The notes under the pieces were generated by a model. The model ran no database searches, had not been told where the DNA came from, and worked only from the letters and a program-made list of their open reading frames with translations. A DNA stretch of 64,000 nt from Patescibacteria group bacterium (GTDB lineage: Bacteria > Patescibacteriota > Saccharimonadia > UBA4664). Below are positions 46,992 to 56,220 of the stretch, piece by piece. The stretch's first letter is position 1; the number at the start of each line of letters is the position of its first letter. The DNA is taken from the NCBI GenBank assembly GCA_028288925.1, contig JAQGHG010000019.1:72047-136046 (forward strand). Reading direction: 5' to 3'. A program made the translations under genes and the position numbers.

Positions 46992-47129
46992 TAGATTATT
47001 GTATCAGGCCCCTGCCCACTTCGAATCGTGCCTCTCGTACCAAATCAAATATTTTAGTCAAACTACGTTATAATGACATCCTCACTTGGCACCAGGCTAA
47101 GTGGGCTTCACGTCAAGAAGGTGACCGTT

Positions 47130-47414
47130 ATGGCTTCAGCCAAAAGGCTGCGCCGGATACCCGCAGCCGCAACATTTGCACTGCTACTCCTCACCGGCTG
47201 CGACCCCAACCCCGACCACCACGCGGGACCGGGAGACGTCTTCTTCAGGAAGCTTTTCCATGGTTCAAATACCAGTCAACCCGCCCCGCCGCGGCCCCAC
47301 CACTCCTCCAAGCCAGCACACACTGGCAAGGGATCGGGCGGCGAATCCAACCACAAGATCCACAGCTGGATCTGTGACCAACCGGTACACGACAAGGGAC
47401 CGTGCGGCGGCTAA
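47130..47414 (+). CDS. small lipoprotein
   Basis: Lipobox LLLTGC after MASAKRLRRIPAAATFA; AGAAGGTGA SD 5 nt upstream. Confidence 0.55.
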   Translation: MASAKRLRRIPAAATFALLLLTGCDPNPDHHAGPGDVFFRKLFHGSNTSQPAPPRPHHSSKPAHTGKGSGGESNHKIHSWICDQPVHDKGPCGG

Positions 47415-47552
47415 ACCGCCATACGCCACACAGTCGCAAGGCACTCGGCCAGAGGGACACCCCCCTCCGGCCGAGTGCTATCGAAGACCTACGCAATTAT
47501 TCTCCTCTTAAAAATTGTGCGACATGGTATCCTATAACCATAAGGGGTACAC

Positions 47553-48479
47553 ATGGCCGAACTACACCTATCCGAACTTGTCACCGACTTCCTAGAGCAC
47601 CTGGAGATCGAACAGAACCGCTCGCAGAAGACAATCTCCAACTACGACCACTACCTCCAGCGGCTCGTCGAATTTTCCGATGATTGCGACATCGCCAAAC
47701 TCGACGCCGAGATGGTCCGCCAATGGCGCTTGCATCTCAACCGCCTGCGCGACAACCAAGGCCAAGAGCTCACCAAGACCACCCAAAATTATCACCTCAT
47801 CGCTCTGCGCAGTTTCCTCAGGTACCTCGCCAAACGCGACATCAAGGCGCTCGACAGTGCCAAGATCGAGCTCGCCAAGGTCGTGCGGCCGCAGGTGACC
47901 TTCCTGGAGACCGGCGAGGTCGAGCGGCTGCTCGGCGCCATCGACACTAGCAACCCCGCCGGTCTGCGCGACCGCGCCGTGGTCGAGCTGCTCTTCAGCG
48001 GCGGCCTGCGCGTGTCCGAGCTCGCCGGCCTCAACCGCGACCAGCTCAATCTCGAACGCCGCGAGTTTATGGTGCGCGGCAAGGGCCAGAAAGACCGCCC
48101 CATCTTCATCTCCGACCAAGCCGCCGGCTGGATCGGCCGCTACCTAGACACGCGCGAAGACACCGGCCGGCCGCTCTTCATCCACTACTCCGGCTCCCAA
48201 AACGACGACGAAGGCGGCATGTACCAGCGCCTCACCGTGCGCAGCGTACAACGGCTCGTCAAGCGCTACGCCAAGGCCGCCGGCATCATCAAGGACGTCA
48301 CGCCGCACACCCTGCGCCATAGCTTCGCCACCGACCTGCTCGTAAATGGCGCCGACCTACGCAGCGTCCAGGGCCTCCTCGGCCACGCCAACATCGCCAC
48401 CACCCAGATCTACACCCACATCACCGACCCCCAGCTCAAATCCGTCCACGACCGCTTCCACCGCAAGAACGAGTCCTAA
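47553..48479 (+). CDS. tyrosine site-specific recombinase, XerC/XerD family
   Basis: N-terminal core-binding LEHLEIEQNRSQKTISNYDHYLQRL; catalytic R...HxxR...Y (LRHSFATDLL...TQIYTHI). Confidence 0.8.
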   Translation: MAELHLSELVTDFLEHLEIEQNRSQKTISNYDHYLQRLVEFSDDCDIAKLDAEMVRQWRLHLNRLRDNQGQELTKTTQNYHLIALRSFLRYLAKRDIKALDSAKIELAKVVRPQVTFLETGEVERLLGAIDTSNPAGLRDRAVVELLFSGGLRVSELAGLNRDQLNLERREFMVRGKGQKDRPIFISDQAAGWIGRYLDTREDTGRPLFIHYSGSQNDDEGGMYQRLTVRSVQRLVKRYAKAAGIIKDVTPHTLRHSFATDLLVNGADLRSVQGLLGHANIATTQIYTHITDPQLKSVHDRFHRKNES

Positions 48480-48586
48480 ATCCACCACCCCGCTTAAGCT
48501 TGCAGGGACAACCTGTTCTCATTTACATTCCTAATTACCGTTTTCGGTAAACGGAAATTAGGTTACGAAAAAGGAAAGGTGCCACC

Positions 48587-48913
48587 CTGAAACAAAGCCC
48601 CACACCCTTACCCAAGGATCCTTACTACAAGCAAATTGCGCCCATCTTAAAAGCGCTGGGCCATCCTATTCGCCTCGAAATCGCCTATACCCTTACGGTA
48701 GACGGCGAGTGCACCGCCGGTGCTCTTGCCGAAGCCCTAGAATATCCCGCAGCCATCATTTCAAAACACCTTACGATCCTACGCCAAGCCGAAATCATCA
48801 GCCTCACAGTCAAGCACCCCTACCACACCTATCGCCTGACCAACCCCTGGGCAAAAAACCTGCTCAAGGCAAATATGGACAACCCGTACTCGTCGAATCG
48901 ATCAACCCGTTAA
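48587..48913 (+). CDS. ArsR-family HTH regulator lacking canonical start codon (CTG start or 5'-degraded)
   Basis: Own translation: LKQSPTPLPKDPYYKQIAPILKALGHPIRLEIAYTLTVDGECTAGALAEALEYPAAIISKHLTILRQAEIIS...; AAAGGAAAGG 7 nt upstream of CTG; no ATG/GTG/TTG in frame; 3' end overlaps pilX-like gene by 50 nt. Confidence 0.4.
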   Translation: MKQSPTPLPKDPYYKQIAPILKALGHPIRLEIAYTLTVDGECTAGALAEALEYPAAIISKHLTILRQAEIISLTVKHPYHTYRLTNPWAKNLLKANMDNPYSSNRSTR

Positions 48914-49922
48914 TCACCCCGAAGTTCTTGCACACATCCTGGTCACTAAAGATCACGTAATCCAAGCCGCTAGCAGCCCCGTTCTTGTACGGCACCTTGT
49001 ACACCACCCGGCGGAATACATCGCCGGCTTTGGCAGTAATATCGATCGTCGCCGTGCCATCCGGCACATTCACCACCGTTCCGTTACCGTTCAGCCCCGA
49101 CATAAACGTCAGCCTATAATCCGTACCCGCATACCGGCTGCGCAGCCGCAGGATAAAGTTCCGCGTATTCGCGTCCATATTCGTAATAGTCAGCTTGCAG
49201 TGATACGAACCCGCTCCGGGGTTACACACCCCTCCCACGGGATTCGCGCCCGCTGCCCCTAGGCCAGCCGGCTTGATCGCGGCAAAGCTCACGGTCCCAG
49301 GGCCACTCGTACGAGGCACCACCAGAGCATTACGCAAGTTGATCGTACCGGCCGCGCTAGCACTAAACGATCCCCTCTGATAATCCACGATCGCCGCCTC
49401 TATCGCCGCCGCGTGATTCCAAGTGCCGCTCGTCGGAAAACCACCGGTGACATTAAAGAAGTTAGCCGCGTATCCACCGGACGGCCGCGGCGTGAGGTCC
49501 CATTCCAAAATCATGCTCCGGAAGGTAGCTGTCGTGCCCAGATCCACCTGCACAGCCTTGTCCGGTATCGGCAGACTCCCCGAGGGCGAACCCGAGTATG
49601 TAATCTGTTGGCAGGTCCAGCCCACCGAGTTGGGGTGAGTCGGATCTAGATCCAAGTTCTGGTAAGTGCTAGGCGCACCGGTACAAGTATGCCCGTTCAA
49701 CGTCCCAGCCGCCAAGTCCGAAAGCACCTTGTCCAGCCCGGCCTCCACACCCGATTGCGCCGCGTAGTACGCCCGCATCGACTGCTCAGAGTCGTTGGAT
49801 TGCCGCAGCTCACTGATCATGAGCGTTATCAGCCCAGTGGTAATAATCGCCAATAAAATACTAATAATAATCGTGGTCAACAGCGCCACCGCCCCCTGCT
49901 CTTCCCTCTGCCAGCGTCTCAT
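48864..49922 (-). CDS. PilX-like minor pilin / pilus tip-associated protein
   Basis: N-terminal hydrophobic helix GAVALLTTIIISILLAIITTGLITL followed by MISELRQS...AYYAAQSG typical of PilX N-domain. Confidence 0.65.
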   Translation of the reverse strand: MRRWQREEQGAVALLTTIIISILLAIITTGLITLMISELRQSNDSEQSMRAYYAAQSGVEAGLDKVLSDLAAGTLNGHTCTGAPSTYQNLDLDPTHPNSVGWTCQQITYSGSPSGSLPIPDKAVQVDLGTTATFRSMILEWDLTPRPSGGYAANFFNVTGGFPTSGTWNHAAAIEAAIVDYQRGSFSASAAGTINLRNALVVPRTSGPGTVSFAAIKPAGLGAAGANPVGGVCNPGAGSYHCKLTITNMDANTRNFILRLRSRYAGTDYRLTFMSGLNGNGTVVNVPDGTATIDITAKAGDVFRRVVYKVPYKNGAASGLDYVIFSDQDVCKNFGVINGLIDSTSTGCPYLP

Positions 49923-50503
49923 AATCCATCTCCTCCCCTTAAGCTAGCCGTACTCGACAAGGTCGTCACCGCGCAAAACTGCGAACCCGCTCCCGGCAAA
50001 CAGTGCGTTTGCGCCAAGTCCAGGGCATTAAGGTTGTTCCGCGAAGCCAACGTCAACGTCACCATCACCGTCCCAAGCCCCGTCTGCACCGGTGTGGTCG
50101 CGGCGGCCGCGAACTGCGTCACCTTCACCATCGGATCATTCAGCTTACGCCAGCCGACGCCAAACAACGGCACCGGGCAACTCCCCGGAGGACTAATTAG
50201 CATGCCCACCTGCAGATTGCCCGTGGCATCCACCGCGTATTCCAGCGTCTGACTGCCGCGCGTCAAACACAGCCGCTGCAAGGGAGCCGTAGCCACCACC
50301 GTCGCCGTCGCCGACTGGCGGATGTCCTTGCTCACGGCGTCGATCAGCAAGCGCGAATTCTGCTGCGTCGTCCGCGACGCGATACCTGCCTGGTGAATCC
50401 GCACCACCTGGATAAACCCAGCCGACACAATCATCATCATGAAGCTAAACACCGCCATCGCCATCAGCAATTCCACCATCGTAAAACCTTGCTCGCGTCT
50501 CAT
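49919..50503 (-). CDS. prepilin-type minor pilin (PilW-like)
   Basis: Class III signal QGFTMVELLMAMAV. Confidence 0.7.
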   Translation of the reverse strand: MRREQGFTMVELLMAMAVFSFMMMIVSAGFIQVVRIHQAGIASRTTQQNSRLLIDAVSKDIRQSATATVVATAPLQRLCLTRGSQTLEYAVDATGNLQVGMLISPPGSCPVPLFGVGWRKLNDPMVKVTQFAAAATTPVQTGLGTVMVTLTLASRNNLNALDLAQTHCLPGAGSQFCAVTTLSSTASLRGGDGL

Positions 50504-51048
50504 CGGCGCAACCTATCAAGATTCACCAACTGCAACCAGAGCGTATTCCTCAAATCCGGGCCACCACCCCGGGCCGGCACACCGTACACAATGGTAAAGT
50601 TGTAGCCGGTGCCCGTCACCAACGGCGCCGCCGAAATCCACATATAGCTCAATCCACCCGCCACCAGCGTGTCATTCCCGACGCCCGCTACCGGCACCCA
50701 TTGATCAGCGCCATTTACCGTCTGGCGCGCCATGTGAAAGCACGTCTGCAACCCCGCCTGAGACGCGTCACAATCGCCCGATCCATTTTGCACATTTATA
50801 CCCGGAATGCTGTTCACCGGCCGGCCCGCTACAAATTCGCTCCACTTGTAGCTATCCCGAAAGCTCTGCAACGCTTCGGCCTGCTGCTGTGCGTCCGAGG
50901 TCAGCTGACTGCGTTCCTTAGCATCCTGGCCCAACGAAAACGCCTTGTTGGCGGTCGTAAACGCTCCCGTCAACACCAATGCCAAGATCGCCAAGGCCAT
51001 CGTGACCTCTACCAGCGTATCGCCGCGTTCACTTCGCAACCATCTCAT
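50500..51048 (-). CDS. prepilin-type minor pilin (PilV-like, degenerate G-D-T-L-V-E)
   Basis: RGDTLVEVTMALAILALVL N-terminus. Confidence 0.6.
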   Translation of the reverse strand: MRWLRSERGDTLVEVTMALAILALVLTGAFTTANKAFSLGQDAKERSQLTSDAQQQAEALQSFRDSYKWSEFVAGRPVNSIPGINVQNGSGDCDASQAGLQTCFHMARQTVNGADQWVPVAGVGNDTLVAGGLSYMWISAAPLVTGTGYNFTIVYGVPARGGGPDLRNTLWLQLVNLDRLRR

Positions 51049-51710
51049 GGGAATACCCTCGTTACGCCGTTATTCGCGGGATCGATCGTCAGATATGCCT
51101 TACGCGGCGGAGACGAAGGGTCCTGAAAGTTCAAACTCTTCGCTACACCGTTGGGCAGAAAGTCATCATAGCGGTACACATTGGCACTCAAGACAGTAAA
51201 ACCACCCGTGCCACTCACCGCCGTCTGAAGCGTACCGTCGGTCGCCGAACGCACAAACGCCACCTGTACCTTGCCGGCGTTTACCGCGCCCACCGGCGGC
51301 CCGGTAACCTGCCAGCTCTTGTACGTCAAACCCCAAGGAATCGTAAACGAAGTCGTCTCACCCGCCACCACAGTCACCTGCTGCGCCGACGCTGGCGCGG
51401 AATTATTAGCCGTGGAGAGCGTCTCTACCTGGACTATCCCCGACCCGACATTAAACGTCAGCAATTTTCCAAACGTCACGCGCGTAATATCGGACCCGCC
51501 CGAAAGCTTCACGGTCGTCAGAGCCTCGGTGCGCTTGGACAGCACCGTCTCCTTGAGCCGCTCCACCGAGTCGCTAAACTGAGCCTGTCCCCGCAAGCTC
51601 GAGAAACCCGTCAGCGCCGCCGCCGCCAGCGCCGCTGAGATCGCCATCACCATGATGACTTCGATCAGGGTAAATCCAGCTGTTCCGTGTTTAGACATAA
51701 GTACTTTCAA
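51045..51710 (-). CDS. prepilin-type pseudopilin (FimT/GspH-like)
   Basis: AGFTLIEVIMVMAISAALAAAAL. Confidence 0.7.
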   Translation of the reverse strand: MKVLMSKHGTAGFTLIEVIMVMAISAALAAAALTGFSSLRGQAQFSDSVERLKETVLSKRTEALTTVKLSGGSDITRVTFGKLLTFNVGSGIVQVETLSTANNSAPASAQQVTVVAGETTSFTIPWGLTYKSWQVTGPPVGAVNAGKVQVAFVRSATDGTLQTAVSGTGGFTVLSANVYRYDDFLPNGVAKSLNFQDPSSPPRKAYLTIDPANNGVTRVFP

Positions 51711-51743
51711 TATAGCACACGCATCGGCTCACGGCCGTCGCGC

Positions 51744-52547
51744 CTACAACCCATTGAGCCGCAAATACCATGCCACGATCTGTTGCCCAAACAAAAACGC
51801 CACCACCGTACTCCCTACCAGATAGGGGCCAAACGCCATCTGGTCCTTACGCTTCTTGCGATGCGATATTATCAAAATCACCGCTACCAGGGCCGCCACG
51901 TCAAACGCGATAAATAAAGCCACCAATAAGCCCTTGATGCCCAAAATCAGGCCCATCAAAAAGCCCAGTTTGATATCACCGCCGCCCATCCCGCGGCCCT
52001 TCGTAGCCGCCACCAGCACATAAAACGCCGTGCCCAAGCCCAGCGCCGCCAAGAGCGGCCCGCGCATCATCAGCGGATGGTGCGTCAGCACCGCCTGCGC
52101 CACCACATACACCAGCGCTAGCACGATAGCCGGCACCATCACCTTGTCCGGCAGCAACATCCAGCGCGCGTCATACACCGCCAACACGATCAGCATCGTC
52201 AATATCACCAGCCACAGTCCAAACAGTACCCCCGTCACCACGGTCACCGGCGCCAGCCACCAGGCGCTCAAGCCAAACAAGCCGGCTGTCACCAGCTCCA
52301 CGATCGGGCTGTCCTGAATCGGCGCTTTGCAATACCGGCACTTACCGCCCAAGGCCAGCCATGATACCACCGGCACCAAATCCTTCGCTGCCAGCTGGTG
52401 CTTGCACTCCGGACACATACTGCGGCCCTTCACCCAACTACGGCCCACGTACAGCCGCCACACGATCGCATTCACCGCCGAGCCAATCATCAGGCCCAGC
52501 AAACTTACCAAAATTACCGTCATCCAAAGCATAAGCAGATTATACAC
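51744..52547 (-). CDS. pilD: prepilin peptidase/N-methyltransferase (A24 family)
   Basis: N-terminal CPEC...CRYC zinc site, catalytic Asp pair in DARWMLLPD and GGGDIKL. Confidence 0.85.
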   Translation of the reverse strand: MYNLLMLWMTVILVSLLGLMIGSAVNAIVWRLYVGRSWVKGRSMCPECKHQLAAKDLVPVVSWLALGGKCRYCKAPIQDSPIVELVTAGLFGLSAWWLAPVTVVTGVLFGLWLVILTMLIVLAVYDARWMLLPDKVMVPAIVLALVYVVAQAVLTHHPLMMRGPLLAALGLGTAFYVLVAATKGRGMGGGDIKLGFLMGLILGIKGLLVALFIAFDVAALVAVILIISHRKKRKDQMAFGPYLVGSTVVAFLFGQQIVAWYLRLNGL

Positions 52548-52592
52548 AAAAACGGCCCCCGAAGGGGCCGTTTTTACAAAACCAGGCGGTGG

Positions 52593-53030
52593 TTATTGGT
52601 TAGTTCGACAAGCCTGACCACCCTGTTCAAGACCCACGCACACCGTGTACGTCCGAGCACCAGACAGAGTGTAGCTTAAACCACCAGGCGAACCCGTACC
52701 CGTCGTAAATGTCAGAGGGCCAGCAGGAGTCGCTGAACCATAAGCATCACCGGTCTGTGGGTCTAAGAAATTAGCCGCGGGAAGATAGGTTTGCAACGCG
52801 GCACCCGCGACTGCAGCGCTGGCCGGGTAGGTACCATTGGTATTAGAAGCATAGTTTTCTAATGCAGCCGCAATCCGGCCAATATCATTCTTCCGTTGCG
52901 TATCCCGCCGGCTCTTCTGCGCGCCTGACACAGCCAGGAATACGATTACCATCAAGAGCCCGGCAATCGCCAATACAAGTACAATTTCTATGAGCGTGAA
53001 GCCCTTTTCTTTTTTGAGGAGATTACTCAC
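52593..53030 (-). CDS. pilA: type IV major pilin
   Basis: Leader MSNLLKKEKG then FTLIEIVLVLAIAGLL; 145 aa, C-terminal Cys. Confidence 0.8.
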   Translation of the reverse strand: MSNLLKKEKGFTLIEIVLVLAIAGLLMVIVFLAVSGAQKSRRDTQRKNDIGRIAAALENYASNTNGTYPASAAVAGAALQTYLPAANFLDPQTGDAYGSATPAGPLTFTTGTGSPGGLSYTLSGARTYTVCVGLEQGGQACRTNQ

Positions 53031-53118
53031 CGTCTATCTCACCTTTCATTAATTTGCTGCTAATAATGACAACTTACTTCTAATATTGCGCTTATGCTCC
53101 CCCGAAGTCAATCCGCAA

Positions 53119-54345
53119 CTACTTGAGGTTGTCGACCCCGCCCGAGCCCACCAGCGAGTATACCGGCAGCAAGATAGCCGCGATTACACCACCCACTACT
53201 ACGCCCATCACTACCATCAGCAACGGCTCGATCGTCGTCGAGAGGTTCTTCACCTCTTCATCCACTTCGTTTTCATAGTAACCGGCCACGCGGTCCAGCA
53301 TCGAGTCGATCGCGCCGGACTGCTCGCCGATCTTGACCATCTGCGGCACCAGCCGCAGGAACGTATCTTGGTTCTCCAGCGTAGACGAGAGTGCTTTGCC
53401 ACCCTTCACACTGCTCATCGAGTGCTCAATCGTCTTGGCCACATGCACGTTGTTGATCGAGTTCGTCACGATCCGCAGTGCCTCCAGCATCGGGATACCG
53501 CTCGCCAGTAGGGTCCCCAGGGTCCGGCTAAACCGCGCCATGTACACCTTGCGGAAAATCTTCCCAAACAACGGCACGTTCAGCTTGAAGCTATCAATCG
53601 CCGACCGTCCGCCCTCCGTCTTGAGCCACGCGCGGCCCGCCATAGTCAGCCCGCCCAACGCGATCGCCGTCAGCCACCAAAAGTGCAAAATAAAGTTCGA
53701 CGCGGCGATCATAATGGTGGTCAAAAATGGCAGGTCCTTGTGTAAGTCCTTGTACAGCGCGCCCACCTGCGGCAGCACCGTGGTAAGCATAAAGATCAGT
53801 ACACCGAAGATCACCAACAGCACGATCACCGGGTACACCATCGCGCCCCGGATCTTGGCCAAGATGGCCGCGTCCTTCTCCTGCTGGCTGGCGATCCGCT
53901 CCAACGCCTTGTCGAGCGAGCCGGAAGCCTCACCGGCCGCCACCAGCGACACGTAGATGTTGTTGAATACCTCCGGATGCGCCGCGAACGCCTGGCTCAG
54001 GCTCGTGCCGGATTCCACGGTCGTCACGATCGTCCCCACCACCGCCGCCAGATTCTTGTTGGTAATCTGCTCCTGCACCGTCCGCAGCGACTGGGTCAGC
54101 GGCAAGCCGGCGTTGATCAGAGTCGAGAGCTGCCGCGTAAAGATTACCCGGTCCTTGGCGCCTACGCCCTTACCTAGGCCGGATTTGGCCAGTAGCCCCG
54201 AAGATTCCTTGCTTTCGATCGAAATCGGAAACAAACCCTGGCTCATCAGCAACTTGGCCGCCGCCTGCTCATTCTCAGCCTGTACATCAGCCTTTACCGT
54301 CTCGCCGGAATCAGTCTTGTGCGCCGTGTAAGTAAAAGTCTGCAT
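53119..54345 (-). CDS. pilC: type IV pilus inner-membrane platform protein (GspF family)
   Basis: Two T2SF repeats, 408 aa, 3 TM. Confidence 0.85.
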   Translation of the reverse strand: MQTFTYTAHKTDSGETVKADVQAENEQAAAKLLMSQGLFPISIESKESSGLLAKSGLGKGVGAKDRVIFTRQLSTLINAGLPLTQSLRTVQEQITNKNLAAVVGTIVTTVESGTSLSQAFAAHPEVFNNIYVSLVAAGEASGSLDKALERIASQQEKDAAILAKIRGAMVYPVIVLLVIFGVLIFMLTTVLPQVGALYKDLHKDLPFLTTIMIAASNFILHFWWLTAIALGGLTMAGRAWLKTEGGRSAIDSFKLNVPLFGKIFRKVYMARFSRTLGTLLASGIPMLEALRIVTNSINNVHVAKTIEHSMSSVKGGKALSSTLENQDTFLRLVPQMVKIGEQSGAIDSMLDRVAGYYENEVDEEVKNLSTTIEPLLMVVMGVVVGGVIAAILLPVYSLVGSGGVDNLK

Positions 54346-54348
54346 AAC

Positions 54349-55419
54349 CTACCCGCGCATTAAGCGCTCTAGCTCCTGCAAATCTACCGCGAAATTTTTG
54401 GCCTCATCGTATGTGATCTTACCGGCTTGGATCTCTTGCACCAACGTGCGGTCCATACTCTGCATGCCGTACTCGCCGCCGGTCTGGATGGCCGCGTCGA
54501 GCTGGTGTGTCTTACCCTCACGGATAATGTTGCGTACCGCCCCTGTAGCTACCAAGATCTCCGTCACTACCGCCCGGCCGCCGCCGATGGCCGGCACCAG
54601 CCGCTGGCTCACGATGCCCTGAAGCATACCCGCCAGCTGCACCCGGATCTGCTGCTGTTGGTGCGGCGGGAATACGTCGATCATGCGGTCGATACTCTGC
54701 GCCGCGCTGTTGGTGTGCAGCGTCGCCAGCACCAAGTGGCCCGTCTCCGCGATGGTCACGGCCGCCGCGATCGTCTCTAGGTCGCGCATCTCACCGATCA
54801 GCACCACGTCCGGGTCCTGCCGCAAGCTCGACCGCAGCGCCGCCGCGAACGAGTAGGTGTCGTAGTGAATCTCGCGCTGTACCACGATCGACTTCTTGGA
54901 ATTGTGCGCGTACTCGATGGGGTCTTCGATCGTCAGAATGTGGCAGGCCCGGTTGGTGTTGATCGAATCCACCATCGCCGCCAGCGTAGTGCTCTTACCC
55001 GAACCCGTCGGGCCCGTTACTAGTACCAAACCCCGTGGAAATTTGGTGAAATCAGTCAGGATCTTGGGCATCTTCAGCTCTTCCAACGTCCGAATCTGAG
55101 CTGGGATCAACCGCAGCGCCGCCGCCAAGTTCCCGCGTTCATGGAAGGCATTTACGCGAAACCGGCCATAATTTCCGAAAGCAAACGAGAAGTCGACTTC
55201 CTTGTCTTTCAACAAAATTTCTTTTTGGTCATCGTCTAGAATCGAGAACGTCAGCCGCTCCACATCCCCCGCGTCCAGCGGAGCCATATCTTCGATCGGC
55301 TTAAGCTTACCGTCCACCCGCAGCATCGGCGCCAATCCTACCTGGATATGCAGGTCCGAAGCATCAAACCGGATCACTTGCTCCAGCAGTAGCTCAATCT
55401 TTAACGCACTTTTTTCCAC
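54349..55419 (-). CDS. pilT: type IV pilus retraction ATPase
   Basis: GLVLVTGPTGSGKSTT Walker A, Asp box, His box (ATLHTNSAAQSIDR), 356 aa. Confidence 0.85.
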   Translation of the reverse strand: MEKSALKIELLLEQVIRFDASDLHIQVGLAPMLRVDGKLKPIEDMAPLDAGDVERLTFSILDDDQKEILLKDKEVDFSFAFGNYGRFRVNAFHERGNLAAALRLIPAQIRTLEELKMPKILTDFTKFPRGLVLVTGPTGSGKSTTLAAMVDSINTNRACHILTIEDPIEYAHNSKKSIVVQREIHYDTYSFAAALRSSLRQDPDVVLIGEMRDLETIAAAVTIAETGHLVLATLHTNSAAQSIDRMIDVFPPHQQQQIRVQLAGMLQGIVSQRLVPAIGGGRAVVTEILVATGAVRNIIREGKTHQLDAAIQTGGEYGMQSMDRTLVQEIQAGKITYDEAKNFAVDLQELERLMRG

Positions 55420-55496
55420 AAAATCACCTCAAGAGTTATCCCTATTAAAGCACAAGGGGTATGGGGATGTACACTGTATGTCCTTTTAATCCCGTG

Positions 55497-56210
55497 TCAT
55501 TTTCCATACCGCTCGGCGCTATAGGCCTCTCCGCGCTCGATCAAAGGCCAATACGGCGCGAAGCGCTCCTCCCAAAACCGGCGCCCAATAGCAAAGCCCA
55601 GACGTTCAAATTCACCCTCACGCGGTTTTTCGCCCTCAGCCAGCCGCCGCACATCAAACTGCGTCTGGTGGCAGGCCATAGCCGCGAAGCGCTTCCGCCG
55701 CACTTGGTCGTCGCTCGGATACCAAAGACCACCCTCGGCGGGGCCAAAAAGCTCCGCCACCAGCCCCCAAACCTCCACCGCCACGCCCGCATCAACCGCC
55801 GCCCAGGCGGCCTCATGAACCGCCTGGTGATCCGGGTGACCATCAAAGCCCTTCGGCCCGGCCGTAAAGATCCGGCCAATCGCATGCCGCTCCACAACCT
55901 GCCCGATCAGTTCGGCCAAAGCCGGCACATGCCCGGCCAGCTCGCCATCCGGAAACCGCGAAGCCGCCAAGCCGAAGCCGTCCGGATACAGCTGGCGCTC
56001 GCGCGGCAGGCCCAGCTCCCGCAATCCCCGCTCCGACTCCCGCCGCCGCAGCCCGGCCAAGCGCTCACCCGGAGTATAGCCCTTCACGGTGCCGGCCCCA
56101 CTATCGGTCACGATCAGCGCGAAACAGCCGGGCTCACCCAGCACCAGAGCCGGATGCATCCCTTCCGGATCATCACAGTGCGCACCGATAATCAGCGAGC
56201 GCATAGGCAC
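55497..56210 (-). CDS. PIG-L/LmbE-family N-acetylglucosaminyl deacetylase
   Basis: IIGAHCDDPEG (AHPDDE-like) and GHPDHQAVH motifs; embedded between pilB and pilT on same strand. Confidence 0.7.
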   Translation of the reverse strand: MPMRSLIIGAHCDDPEGMHPALVLGEPGCFALIVTDSGAGTVKGYTPGERLAGLRRRESERGLRELGLPRERQLYPDGFGLAASRFPDGELAGHVPALAELIGQVVERHAIGRIFTAGPKGFDGHPDHQAVHEAAWAAVDAGVAVEVWGLVAELFGPAEGGLWYPSDDQVRRKRFAAMACHQTQFDVRRLAEGEKPREGEFERLGFAIGRRFWEERFAPYWPLIERGEAYSAERYGK

Positions 56211-56220
56211 TCCTTCGTTC

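Noticed and set aside
47553-48479. Tyrosine recombinase as integrase of a mobile element
   Set aside because: The N-terminal core-binding region and catalytic tetrad look like chromosomal XerC/XerD. Neighbouring genes are housekeeping (ndk, M16 peptidase, DedA, O-antigen ligase). No att repeats or phage genes were seen, so the mobile-element call is not supported. The lipoprotein, ArsR-like gene and recombinase together could still be a remnant.
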